From Octopus sinensis (taxonomy: Eukaryota), in the NCBI RefSeq assembly GCF_006345805.1, contig NC_043006.1, forward strand, positions 93,868,001 through 93,932,000: 64,000 bases of DNA, in the 5' to 3' direction. Of this stretch, positions 40,545-53,641 are shown one piece after another. Positions within the stretch are counted from its first letter, which is position 1; the number at the start of each line of letters is the position of its first letter. The translations under genes were made by a program, and so were the position numbers. The notes under the pieces were generated by a model that saw only the letters and a program-made list of their open reading frames with translations, was not told the origin of the DNA and made no database searches.

Positions 40545-43500
40545 TAATATCCTTGTTGAATACTCTTACTTCTTAGATCAGAGAATTCGTGTTTTGTTGT
40601 TGTTGTTGTCGTTGTTTCATTTTTTGCGTACACTTTGTGGTCATCCATATAAAGCAGCATTATTTTTGCCCTAGTTATGGTAAACCTGTAGACAGGCCTG
40701 GATTTTCTCTGTATACTTGTCAGAGAGACTAACACAAGCACGAAAATCAGTGAAGAAAACAAGTCACCCAGAAAGACTCTCTACGAATTTTCACATTTCC
40801 AAATGAGTCATTTCCTCATGTTAATCCTAATCCTTCTTTCGATGATCTCATTGGAGATTTTTGAGGTATTTTTCTTTTCTAAAAACAACACTATTATTCT
40901 TCTCATTGACCTTGATTGTTCTCAGACCCAAGAGTCAGCAGTGTGGAACGTTGTCGATAGATTACATGTATTCCATCCAGCCAACAGCTAAATTCTTTTT
41001 ACTTAATCGTACCCTTACTTGGTACCCTCCTATCAATATACAACCGATCGACAGTTCCCTTTGACTTTTTTCTGCTTCCCTTTTGCGCCCCTGCCAATAA
41101 ATTCTCTTTCTCCAGAAAGTTATATATTTCATCTGCCACGGGGCCAGTTGATAATTCCAGAAGAATAATAAGCTTGGATTATAATTGATTACTTCCTTTT
41201 TCTTTCCTTTGTCCTTCTGTCCCATCATTGTTGTTCCTCTTGTCATCCATGTTGTGAGCTTCATTTTCTCTGCAATGAGTCATATATGGCTGTGTATACT
41301 TAGGAGATTTTCGAGCCATAATCCTTGAACACAATCTGATCCAGTAATTTCCTAAGCCATCTCTTCACTTTATCTTCGTTACTATTTATATCCCTTGAAG
41401 GCGGCGAGCTGGCAGAATCGTTAACAGGTCGGAAAAAATGCTAAGCGATATTTCGTCCGTTTTTACATTCTGAGTTTAAAATCCGCCGAGTTCGACTCTG
41501 CTTTTCAGCCTTTCGAGTTCGATAAAATAAGTACCAGTTACGTACTAGGGTCGATATAATCATCTTACCCTCCCCTTAGACTGATGGTTGTGCCAAGATT
41601 CGAAACCAATATTTATATTCTCTTGTTTTGATCTTGTCACATTTCTCTTTTCAATTTCCATAACCAATCTCTCCTCTTTCATGCTGAACTCTTTCGCTCC
41701 AATATATCTGACCAAAAATGCTTTGCTGTTTCGGCATCTCGAACACCATTCCTCTGAAGTTCCTTCTCATCATTCTCCTGAGGTTCCTTCAGATGTTGAT
41801 AAAATTTTCTTTCATGGTTTCTACAGAAACCATTCTGCTGGAATTGGTTTATTATTTGTTGGTATCTCATTTTAAAATTCATTTTTCATTTTAAAATTCT
41901 TTTACCTGATATAGCCTCTTGTGTGGGGGATGGGAGTGGAGAGGGGTGTTATCACTTCTTTAACTTCTTGTAATCCTCCGTTTCGACTGCTTTTCTGTGT
42001 CTTCTCCGTCCTCATTTCAATGATTGCATTTATCCTTCCAAGTTATTTACTGAACTGTCCATTAATAGTCTTATCATTGAGTGAGAGACCAATGCATTCC
42101 ATCAAATTGACATTGGGGTTACATATACAAATCATGACTACCCGTCTGATAAGGGTACACCAGGCACATGCATCACAACCATATGTGCACGACATGATGA
42201 CCTTATATTAAGATAAACAGCACATGACCGTGAAAGTGGGGCCCCAGTTAGAATTTTCTTCAAGTCGAGTAGCTCATCCCGCTCAAAAGGTCCTTGAATA
42301 AGGGTCGTTAAGTATGTTGATCAAAACACCCATGTTTCCAGAGGGATATTATTGAAACCCCAAAGAATTCCTTTCAACACATGTCTATGATGCTCCTCCA
42401 CTACTTCTGCTCGTGATCAGAGATGCACATATCGTCAGCCACTAAGAGACATGCTCAACTGGTTAAGGTCAAACAACTGACAAGCAAATCTGTGGTATTG
42501 AGCAGAATATTGCTGTAGCCCATCTTTTATACCAAGACAAAACAATGTACATGATAACACTTCCAATCAGTTACTGCATCAGGGCATTTTTTTTTATCAT
42601 CATCATCATCATCTTCATTATTATTATTATTATTATTATTATTTTTATTTTCTACTCTAGGTACAAGACCCGAAATTTTGGGAGAGGGGCCAATCGATTA
42701 AATCGACCCAAGAACGCAATTGGTGCTTAATTTATTCAGCCCGAAAGGATGAAAAGCAAAATCGACCTTGGCGGAATTTGAACTCAGAACGTAAAGACAG
42801 ATGAAATATCGCAAAGCATTTCGCCCGACGTGCTAACGTTTCTGCCAGCTCGGCGCTTTATTTATACTTTATTGCCTTTGCACAGCTTCTAACGCTGGAG
42901 ATGTACTACGGTGTCAGCTGTTCACTACCAGTGAACTAAGGTAACACCTCTTATTTTTCGATCACCTTTCGGAGTATTCGAACGGTTCCAAGCAGTTTCT
43001 GTTTTATGCAAGTGCTCCACCCTTATTGTAGCCCCTATTTGTTCCATGTACTTCTCGAGATTTTTGCTCCCTGTTCCCAGGGCTCCGACAATTATTGGTA
43101 CTACTGTTACCTTTTACATCGACCACAACTGCTTAACTTCCCAAGCTATCCTGTCATATCTATCGACTTTTCTTTCTTCCTTATTGCATATCTTGTTTTC
43201 AGCTGGGCATGCTATATCTATGATCCAGCATAGTTTGCTTTCTTTCTCAATTACGACTATATTCGGCTTCCTATTTTCTATCTCATGGTCGCACTGAATC
43301 ATATAATTCCACAGGATCTTTGCATTTATGTTTTCGACAATGACTTCAGGTTTTTATGGCCGTACCAATCTTTTGCTCTGTCAAGTCCATACTTGTTTCA
43401 AAGTGTCCAATGAACAAGCCTTGCTATATTGTAGTAGCGTCTCTTATATTCCTTATGGGTTAGTGGCGTACATTGGCTGGTAATATGCCATACAGTTTCA

Positions 43501-43890
43501 CCGTTTTGTCCACAGATTCTGCACTTATCACTTTCTGATTTGTTGTCTACTCTGTATTTCATGTAGTTTGTTCTTAGTGCTTGCTCTTGGGCAGCACAGA
43601 TTAGAGCCTCCGCTTCCGATTTTAAATCACTTTTAGTCATCCACAGCCATCTTTTTTCTCTGTCTTATCTTCAATATCCCTATGAAATTGACCATGCATT
43701 CTTTTCTTTACCCACCTAATTTCAGTTTCATCCGTTTTCAATTTCTTTTACAGTGCTTTATCTTTGCAATCTTCCATCCTACACAAGCCTCACCTTCTTA
43801 ATTCTAATAATAGCGATTCTGTGGCATTGTTTACATACAATGCTATGTTGTTTTCTTCTGCTCTAATGCTGTGTTCGTATCCAATAAGTA
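40545..43890 (-). mobile_element. R4/Dong-like LINE (restriction-like endonuclease type) fragments
   Basis: LLYMDD RT motif (about 40650); AETAKHFWSDI (about 41710); CCHC knuckle CRICGQNGETVWHITSQC (ORF 43398-43640); RKPNIVVIE..IIDIACP endonuclease (ORF 43114-43302). Confidence 0.8.
42077..42587. repeat. About 520-bp interspersed repeat, copy 1 (copy 2 at 43919-44454, same orientation)
   Basis: The two copies share roughly 90% of positions by eye. Both abut (TTA/TCA)n tracts and the R4/Dong-like fragments. Confidence 0.8.
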
Positions 43891-44454
43891 CCCTTCCCAC
43901 TCTTTATTATTATTGTTATTGAGTGAGAGAGCAGTGCATTCCATCAAAGTGACACTGGAGTAAAATATACAAAACCCACTATACGCATCATGACTACCCG
44001 TCTGATAAGGGTACACCAGGCACATGCATCACAACCATGTGTGCGCAACATAGTGATCTCATATGAAGACAAACAGCACATGACCTTGCAGGTGGGGCCC
44101 CAGTTAGAATTTTCTTTTGGTCCAGTAGCCCATCCCGCTCAAAAGGTCCCTGAATAAGGGTTGTTTTAAGGATGTTGAAAGAAACACCCATGTTTCCAAA
44201 GGTGAATTATCCAAACCTCTAAGAATTCCTTTCAACAGACGGCTATGATGCTCCCCCACTACTTCTGCTCATGATCAGAGATGCACATATCGTCAGCCAC
44301 TAAGGGACATGCTCAACTGGTTAAGGTCAAACAACTGACAAGCAAATCTGTGGTATTGAGCAGAATATTTATACCAAAACAAAACAATGTATATGATAAC
44401 ACTACCAATCAGTTAAGATCAGAAACCACAAGAGCCACTGCCTGGTACTGCATT

Positions 44455-44475
44455 ATTATTTTTATTATTATATTA

Positions 44476-44518
<43 letters not shown>

Positions 44519-44596
44519 ATTATTATTATTTATTATTATTATTATTAATTATTTTTTATTATTATTTATTATTATTATTATTTTATTTTTATTATT

Positions 44597-44629
<33 letters not shown>

Positions 44630-44717
44630 TTATTATTTTTTTTATTATTATATTATTTTATTATTATTATTATTATTATTATTTATTATTTTTATATTAT
44701 TATTATTATTATTATTA

Positions 44718-44753
<36 letters not shown>

Positions 44754-44926
44754 TATTATTTTTATTATTATTTTTATATTATTATTATATTATTATTATA
44801 TTTTTATTATTATTATTATTATTTTTATTATTATTATTATTATATTATTATTATTATTATTATTTATTATTATTATTATTATTATTATTTATATTATTAT
44901 TATTTATTATTATTATTATTATTATA

Positions 44927-44957
<31 letters not shown>

Positions 44958-44980
44958 TATTATTATTATTTTTTTTATTA

Positions 44981-45011
<31 letters not shown>

Positions 45012-45065
45012 TATTATTATTATTATTATATTATTATATTATTATTTATTATTATTATTATATTA

Positions 45066-45097
<32 letters not shown>

Positions 45098-45112
45098 TCA
45101 TTATTATTATTA
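44455..45112. repeat. Long degenerate (TTA)n microsatellite, about 660 bp
   Basis: Directly visible. Confidence 0.95.
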
Positions 45113-45505
45113 CTATCATCATCATCATCATCAGCAGCAGCAGCAGTATAATATATATTCTAACTAAAACTATGTACATAAATAGGTCTCTATTATTGAT
45201 ATCTCTTTGTTAGATACACCTGAGAGATTTTAGCAGCAGCAACGTGATATTGAATAAATTGAAAATGCTTGTTAGGTTTCGCACTGACCCTGTTGGATAT
45301 AAACTCGGTTGCACTTGTTTGTAAATGAAAACGCTTCAATTTATCTCTGGTTGTGAAGGAAGTAACAAATCGTTTGACAGAGGTACTTAGGGCTCTCCAC
45401 ATAAGTAATTTGAATCTATTTCACTATATTTCGGTCAGTCTATCAAGCTAGATATCTCTTATTTGATTCTATTCACGTAAACACCACACACACCCACACA
45501 ACACA

Positions 45506-45549
<44 letters not shown>

Positions 45550-45784
45550 ATGTACTTACGTGCATGTGTATAGTGGACGATAGTAACCTACACAGAGCAA
45601 TAAATTAACGCATGCAGTTGCATCTATTTGTACACACGAGAAGCACTATGGATGAAATCACGTTAATGATTTTTATCATGTAGTCACGTTAATGATTTTT
45701 ATCATGTAGTCAGCATGAATTGAAAAGTTATAGTTATTTATATATTAAATTAATAATTATATATATATATATATATAATATATA

Positions 45785-46193
45785 GGCGCAGGAGTGGCTG
45801 TGTGGTAAGTAGCTTGCTTACCAACCACATGGTTCCGGGTTCAGTCCCACTGCGTGGCATCTTGGGCAAGTGTCTTCTACTATAGCCTCGGGCCGACCAA
45901 AGCCTTGTGAGTGGATTTGGGAGACGAACTGAAAGAAAGAAGCCCGTCGTATATATGTATATATATGTGTGCGTTTTGTGGTCTGTGTTTATCCCCCTAG
46001 CATTGTTTGACAACCGGTGCTGGTGTGTGTTTACGTCCCCGTCACTTAGCGGTTCGGTAAAAGAGACCGATAGAATAAGTACTGGGCTTACAAAGAATAA
46101 GTCTTGGGGTCGATTTGCTCGACTAAAGGCGGTGCTCCAGCATGGCCGCAGTCAAATGACTGAAACAAGTAAAAGGTAAAAGAGTAAAAGAGT
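45785..46193 (+). mobile_element. CORE-type SINE, full length
   Basis: GGCGCAGGAGTGGCTGTGTGGTAAG head through the AAAAGAGTA tail. Similar copies at 52852-53245 and 56340-56830. Confidence 0.85.
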
Positions 46194-46262
<69 letters not shown>

Positions 46263-47002
46263 GGTACTATGTATATATGTACTATGTATATATACACACA
46301 CACACACACATATATATGTATGCATGTATGTAATGCAAAGGAATAGGAATTCTAAATCCAGACTCGCCCAACCACATCGAATGATAGGAAACATTTAGAA
46401 TCGTTTAGAATAAACAAGTTAACTGAACTTCCTCAATTGGTCCATCCTGATTTCGCTTCCATGGAATTTCTTGTGTGTGTGCTTCGTAATCATATTTAAT
46501 AGAAATCAATTTTTTCTTCATTCAGGTGGGAACTCAAAGTGAAGTCAAACATGGAAGAACAAAGACCAGAACGAACGTGGCTTGTTGAAAACTAAACAAC
46601 AGACTTTGCCATAAATACAGTCTAACCAGCCAAACGTTGTTATTGTTGCCATTGTCCTTATTCAGCACCTTATAATCCTTGATCGAGCAAACTGTCTGCC
46701 ATAGGTACCCTACTCTTGATAGTCCTGTCTTTGATTATTCAGACGGTGTGTACTAATGGCTACGTTATTCGAATTGAGCTTTTCAAAAATAATGTCGGAT
46801 GTAATTTCATAGAGAAACTTTGACTGCTATTTCTGGCAGATCGAGTAACAGAGACCCACCCGTTGATTTCTTTTTTCTTTTCGTTTTTTTTTTGCCCGGA
46901 CAAATAACGAAGAACACGATAGCAAAGAACAAATGTGATAACAAAGATACCATCTTAACTGATACCTATATCATAGGTTATCAACATACACGCCCACATA
47001 CA

Positions 47003-47035
<33 letters not shown>

Positions 47036-47617
47036 GCGCGCACTTATATCGAACAGTGGGTATGAGTTTTAAGTGGATAAATGTTCTTCATTTGTGGGAT
47101 AAGAAGGCTACCATTGGTTTCATGCTGAGAGAAATCTCTCTCAACAAATTATCAAACCTGCCACGGAGAACGTTGGTACTCGTCTTGATATTCTAGAAAC
47201 TAAATTATTATTTCTGTGGTGAGATATTATCTGTTATTGTTCCCTGCAGGATCAGTTACTCCATGAAATTGTAACCCAGATTATTTTAGATACCGTGTCA
47301 AGGACTCATGTTAATTTCTAGTTTTTTTTTTTTCATTTTTATTAGAATAACACCTGCCATTTTTATGTTTGTTGCAAAAAACATTTTCTGTATTTTCCAC
47401 TAAAAGAAATTATCAATTAATTGATATCATTCGATTTATTTTTCTCCTTTGACTGGTACTTTTAGCTTTTAAACGTACCCTCTTGAGTTTTTCTCAACTA
47501 ATTGCATGGATAGTTAACCGAAGTTTTTCAACTCGTTACACAACACATCTGTTGCTCTACCGTTACTTACATTTAAAGACACCGAGGTGTACGCACCCTT
47601 AACTCACACACGCACTA

Positions 47618-47669
<52 letters not shown>

Positions 47670-48018
47670 ATATATATATAACCTAGTTGAGAACCCCTTT
47701 CAATGTCTTCTCCAAAGACAGTTACAATTGCAGTCCTATCTTATTTGTTGCTATAAAAAAAAACTTTATAGACTTCAAATGAATCTGGATATAATTACCA
47801 TCATTGTTATTGCGATTTAAATAATTGAGTCCGAAATAATAACATCAACAACAACAACAGCATTAATAATAATTGTTTTCATTTGGGGCACAAAGCCAGA
47901 TATTAAGAGGGGAGAGGAATACGGTTACATTGATCCCAGCGCCTGACTTGTAGTTATCTTACCGACCCCTTAATGATGAAAACCAAAGTTAATCACGGCA
48001 TCAACTACTACTAATACA

Positions 48019-48071
<53 letters not shown>

Positions 48072-48081
48072 CAACAATAAC

Positions 48082-48121
<40 letters not shown>

Positions 48122-48158
48122 TAATAATAATAATAATAATAATAATTTCTACAGTACA

Positions 48159-49024
48159 ATGGGTTCTAAATTTTGGAAAACTGTTAAAAAGATCCAAATT
48201 GCCACTGGCGTTCATCCTTACAGAAATTTAGATTTGGAAAATATAACCTTACCGATCCTGGATATGGAATTTCGTTACATATCACGTAACGACGGACAAA
48301 AAGAGTTGGTTGGCAAGGGCACATACGGCCGAGTCTACCTGGGTCGCTGCAAAGGGATGCCGAGCTTGGTAGTAGTGAAATGCTTCAAGAACAAAGACAT
48401 GAAGGAAATTTGTGCCGAAGCTAAAATTATGAGCCATTTATCAGAAACAGGGGTGGTGCCGAAATGTTTCGGTTTGATCCAGGATGAAAATTCAGAAATA
48501 CAACCGTGCTTAGTTCAAGAATATTTCGGACAAGGTGTTACCCTTTCAAAATTTCTCTGTGATTTGCGTGTTACGCTTAAGAGCAAAAATTGTATAGGTA
48601 TCTGTTTGCAACTTTCTCGGGGATTAAAGAAAATACACGCTCAAGGCATTTTATTAAACGATATTAAAACTGATAACATACTTATAGATCGATACACTAT
48701 CGATTTTCAAATTCGCTTTATAGATTTTGGGTGTGCTAGCACCTTGAAGGAATATCGTTTGATATTTCGGAAAGTGAAAGCTGTTACCATGTTGCCCCCG
48801 AGGTCAAAGCAAAACAACCAACCAGTACTTCGTCGGATGTGTTCAGTCTGGGTCATGTCTTTGATGCAATTCAGGACCTGATGCGGGTGGAATGTCTCGT
48901 TCCCCTCGTGAACAGCTGCACTATGGACAACCCTAAAAAGCGCACCAGACTTCAAGATCTCGTCGAGGATCTCAAATCTCTTCACCACGAGATATTTTAT
49001 AGAGAAATGAGAAACTGGGATTAA
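48159..49024 (+). pseudogene. Intronless Ser/Thr-type protein kinase with one frameshift (pseudogene or sequencing indel); about 288 aa if one base is restored
   Basis: ORF 48159-48881 has GKGTYG, VVVK, alphaC Glu (AEAKIM), catalytic loop LLNDIKTDN and DFG. A shifted frame continues with CYHVAPE, SDVFSLG and subdomain XI Arg (NPKKR), ending TAA at 49022-49024. Adding one G at about 48749-48750 gives DFGCASTLKGISFDISESESCYHVAPE. Start context is ACAATGG; AATAAA lies at 49201. Confidence 0.85.
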
Positions 49025-49135
49025 AAATGCAAACATGCACGTGCGCGCAGACACACACACACACACACACACATACACACACACACATATATTCACACGC
49101 ACCTTCTTATATACAAGCGTACATACGCACATACA

Positions 49136-49174
<39 letters not shown>

Positions 49175-49367
49175 CGATGGATTTCTATTCTTTATTTGTG
49201 AATAAAAAAACGTTACCAATAGTTTCACGTGGAAAACATTTCCATAATCTTCACACGATCCCAAATAGTATTCTCATCCAAAATAGAGGAAATTACCAGC
49301 AGTTTTAAGTGGATCATTTGAAGAGTGTGTTATTAATCCACAAATAATATATATACACACATATATA

Positions 49368-49419
<52 letters not shown>

Positions 49420-50224
49420 GGGAGAGTTTACGAAATAACAACAAAAGACGAAGACAGGTGGTGTACAAAACAAAGAGATGTATTGTTATAACGCTCAGGA
49501 ATAGAAAAAGTCTTTACGTTTCGAGCCTACGTTCTTCTACAGAAAGGGACACAGAAAACAAGGAGAGAGAGAAATGTGTGTAGTGGCTAACGATCTATCA
49601 TGGCGTATATATATATATATACGCACACACCTACCCACAGAGACACACAAGGGATATTATTCAAAGAAACAAATTATATTAAATGAAAAAAAAGCCCAAG
49701 GTGTGTATTGATCTCCCAAGCTTCAGCACAGAATACAATACCAGAGTGCCTTCAATTTATACGTACATTTATATATTCTTAACCTGTTCTCAAAACCTTT
49801 CAATTTGTTTAACATTAATAACACTATTTAAAAAGAGGCTATACATATGAGAACGCATCTAGCGGTGCCGCTTGTTTATATGTTTTTAACATATTTATAT
49901 CGGAGGAGAGATATATTATCTTACCAACTCTCTGAGATGAAGCAAAATATTAATAAATATATTTATTTATGTTTTTGTAATTTCTGTTTGGTGTTATCTG
50001 TCAATTTTTCTATCTACAAATGTGTAGAATCGTATATTTGTCTATCTGTATATTTATGTATGTATCGATAAATCAATATAATTATGTTTATTAATTCGTT
50101 TTGCAAGATTCCTGATATGAAATCGTGTGTTGAAACATATATTGTTGTATTTTGGGATGTTATTTTTTTTTCCAAGTACATCCTTGTGAGTGGATTTGGT
50201 AGACGGAAACTGAAAGCCCGTCGA

Positions 50225-50281
<57 letters not shown>

Positions 50282-50629
50282 CGTGTGTGTGTGGCAGGGG
50301 GGAGTTTTTGTATATGTTTGTGTGTCTGTGTTTGTCTCCCCAATATCGCTTGACAAACGTCACCGTCACTTAGCGGTTCGGCAAAAGAGACCGATAGAAT
50401 AAGTACTAGGCTTACAAAAATGATTCCTGGGGTTGATTTGTTCGACTAAAGGCGGTGAACCAGCATGGCCGGAGTCACATGACTGAAACAATTAAAAGAA
50501 TACAGTGCATCACCACCAGTGAAACCTAATTGCTGGAAACTGTTTTACTCTCGGTGTGAAAAGTTTTGTTATACTTAAACAAGGCTAGTGTGAAGTTCTG
50601 AAGCATCAGCACATGCGCATTCAACACCT

Positions 50630-50920
50630 GCCGAATCGGTTGTATACAAAACAGAAGTTACCTCTGCAAAACTAAACCAATTAACAGAGTGTAAAAAATA
50701 CATAGGAATGATAGAAGGCAGGTTCAAATAACCCTACATCAACACACATCATCCTACAGACGTGTTGAGAATAAGAACGCTACAACCATGTCCCACGATA
50801 TACCTTAAGAAACAGCACCAATTTTGACAGTCCCTGAAGTGAAATACACATAATATAAACAGCACAAAAGCGTGTAAACTCTGTGTTGATGAAAAATTCC
50901 TTGACACTGGATTTAAATTC
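50630..50920 (+). mobile_element. Penelope-like GIY-YIG endonuclease remnant
   Basis: Frame ESVVYKTEVTS...KKYIGMIEGRFK* shows the VVY..YIG pattern, followed by broken frames. Confidence 0.55.
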
Positions 50921-51135
50921 TTAAAAAATGTCAGCACGTTGATAAATACTGATTGAAATTTTTCAAATTAACATGACAACCGTATTAAACTATATCGAGC
51001 TACCAAACACTCAGTGTTTCTCTATCTCTTTCTCCAGGCAATATTTACATTGCAAGTCCACATCTCAGGAATGCTCGTTTTTGCTTAACTCCTCAAATCT
51101 TGACAATCTATCGACAATCTTGATGTTTAGGCTTC

Positions 51136-51184
<49 letters not shown>

Positions 51185-52314
51185 AAGAGCAAATATATTT
51201 TATCCTACACGTGTTTCAGTCATTGGACTGTGGTTATACTGGGACAGTGCCTTGAAGGATTTAGTCAATCAATTTGACTCCAGTACTTTTGCTTTTTCAA
51301 AGTCTGGTACTTATTCTTTCGGTCTCTTTAGGCAGACTGCTAATCTACGTGGGCATAAACAAGCCAACACTGTTTTCAAGCGGAGGGGCACAAGCACAAA
51401 TACACACACATACTGCGTGGCAAGTGTCTCCTACTATAGCCTGGGGCCGACCAAAGCCTTGTGAGTGGATTTGGTAGACAGAAACTGAACGAAGCCCATC
51501 GTATATATATATATATGAGAAATATAAAAATATACAAGGTGTAAAGATGCTGAAAATTCAGTATACAGCATGTGGGAAAATTATGAGTTGAAAATATGTG
51601 GACATATAAAAAGTGGAAGAGAAATGCCGTCGTTTTATATAGTTTAATGTCTTTTTATAAATATATACATAATATATGGATGTCGTGAAATCCAGCCAGT
51701 TTTCGCTATTTAAATTAGCTTTTCAAGGGACATTGTACAGCAATCAGTTCTCATGACAGAGGGGTTTCATCATTTTGGATGTTTGAAGAATAAAAGGAAT
51801 GAGTCTAGAGAGTGAACCAAGGGAAGTAACAAGTGGCAGGGGGGACAACCGGCTCCTTAGTATAATTTTTTAAATGGTCAAATTTATATATTTAGGAGTG
51901 GTCTGTACGTTTGTATGAACATGTTTTCCTTGTTTAGGCGTCCTTGTACTGAGATTGAATCTTTGCATTGGTATAAAGGGAAGATATGAAGCCGAATTTT
52001 CATATCTTCCCATTATACCAATGCAAATTATACCAATGTATGTATGTATGTATGTATGTATTCATGTATGTATGTATGTATGTATGTATGTATGTATGTA
52101 TGTATGTATGTATGTATTCATGTATGTATGTATGTATGTATGTATGTATGTATGCATGTATTCATGCATGTATGTATGTATGTATGTATGTATGTATGTA
52201 TGTATGCATGTATGCATGTATGCATGTATTCATGCATGTATGTATGTATGTATGTATGTATGCATGTATGCATGTATGCATGTATTCATGTATGTATGTA
52301 TGTATGTATGTATG

Positions 52315-52345
<31 letters not shown>

Positions 52346-53597
52346 GTAATTGTGTATGTATGTATGTGTACAGATTTGTATGTTTTGTTTTGTTTGTTTT
52401 ATGTATGCACGGACGCGTGCGCGCACGCACACACAGAGACTCGCTTAGATGGGGGTGGGGGTGGAGCTGTTAAACATTTCAACTACAAGTTTGTTTATAT
52501 GTTTCTTAATATCCAAGCAATGACCCACTCGTGTTATTTTCGCAACACCAATCCATAAAATGTATTTATGGAGAGAAAAATATTGAAAAACATCAATAAA
52601 TGACAGAATGAGAAGAAAAAAATGAGGAAGGTGGTCGTGGGATGTGCTAGAAACAAAAACCAAATTTCCCTTAAATCACACACTTTTTCTTCTAAAAATA
52701 TTTTCAATTTTTTTCTTATTTTTACACCGAAAAGGCTTCTCTTATGGCATTTTAAGCGCGTAGTGCAAAAAGAAAAAGGAAAAAAAAGGCCAAAATCGGT
52801 CCAGGGTGGGGGTTGGGGATGGGGGTGAGTTAAAAAATCATAAATTTTAAAGTGTGGCAAGTAGCTTGCTTACCAACCACATGGTTCCGGGGTCAGTCCC
52901 GCTGCATGGCACTTTCAGCAAATGCCTTCTACTATAGCCTCGGGCCGACCAAAGCCTTGTGATTGGATTTCGTAGACGGGAACTGAAGGATGCCTGTCGT
53001 ATATATGTATATGTATATGTGTGTGTATATGTTTGTGTGTCTGTGTTTGTCCCCCCCAACATCTCTTCACAACTGGTGCTGGTATGTTTACGTCCCCGTA
53101 ACCTAGCGGTTCGGCAAAAGAAACCGATAGAATAAGTACTTGGCTTACAAAGAATAAGTCCCGGGTTCGAGTTGGTCCATTAAAGGCGGTGCTCCAGCAT
53201 GGCCGCAGTCAAATGACTGAAACAAGTAAAAGAGTAAAAGAGTAAATGCACGCAACAATAATAACGTAGTTTTGAATTAAAAATTAAGCCAAGAAGGAGT
53301 TGCCTCCCCTAGCAATAGCCGAGAATGCTGTTAAAACGCGGGAACGAATAAACTCCTTTCTTTGTTTTCCTTTTAAATAAATTTGAATTTTAAGGTTAAT
53401 TGTTATTTTATGTTAAGAAGCCAACAACGCTCATACACTTCCGTACCTCGAGGGACATCACTGTGTTTTTTTAATTAAATAAAGCGTTTCGTTTCTTGAA
53501 GCCTCGGCTTCCGTTTATAACTGATAATAGAAATGCTAGTAGGTTATAGTTGCGGTGTGTGTGTGTGTGTGTGTGTTGTGTGTGTGTGTTGTGTGTG

Positions 53598-53641
<44 letters not shown>

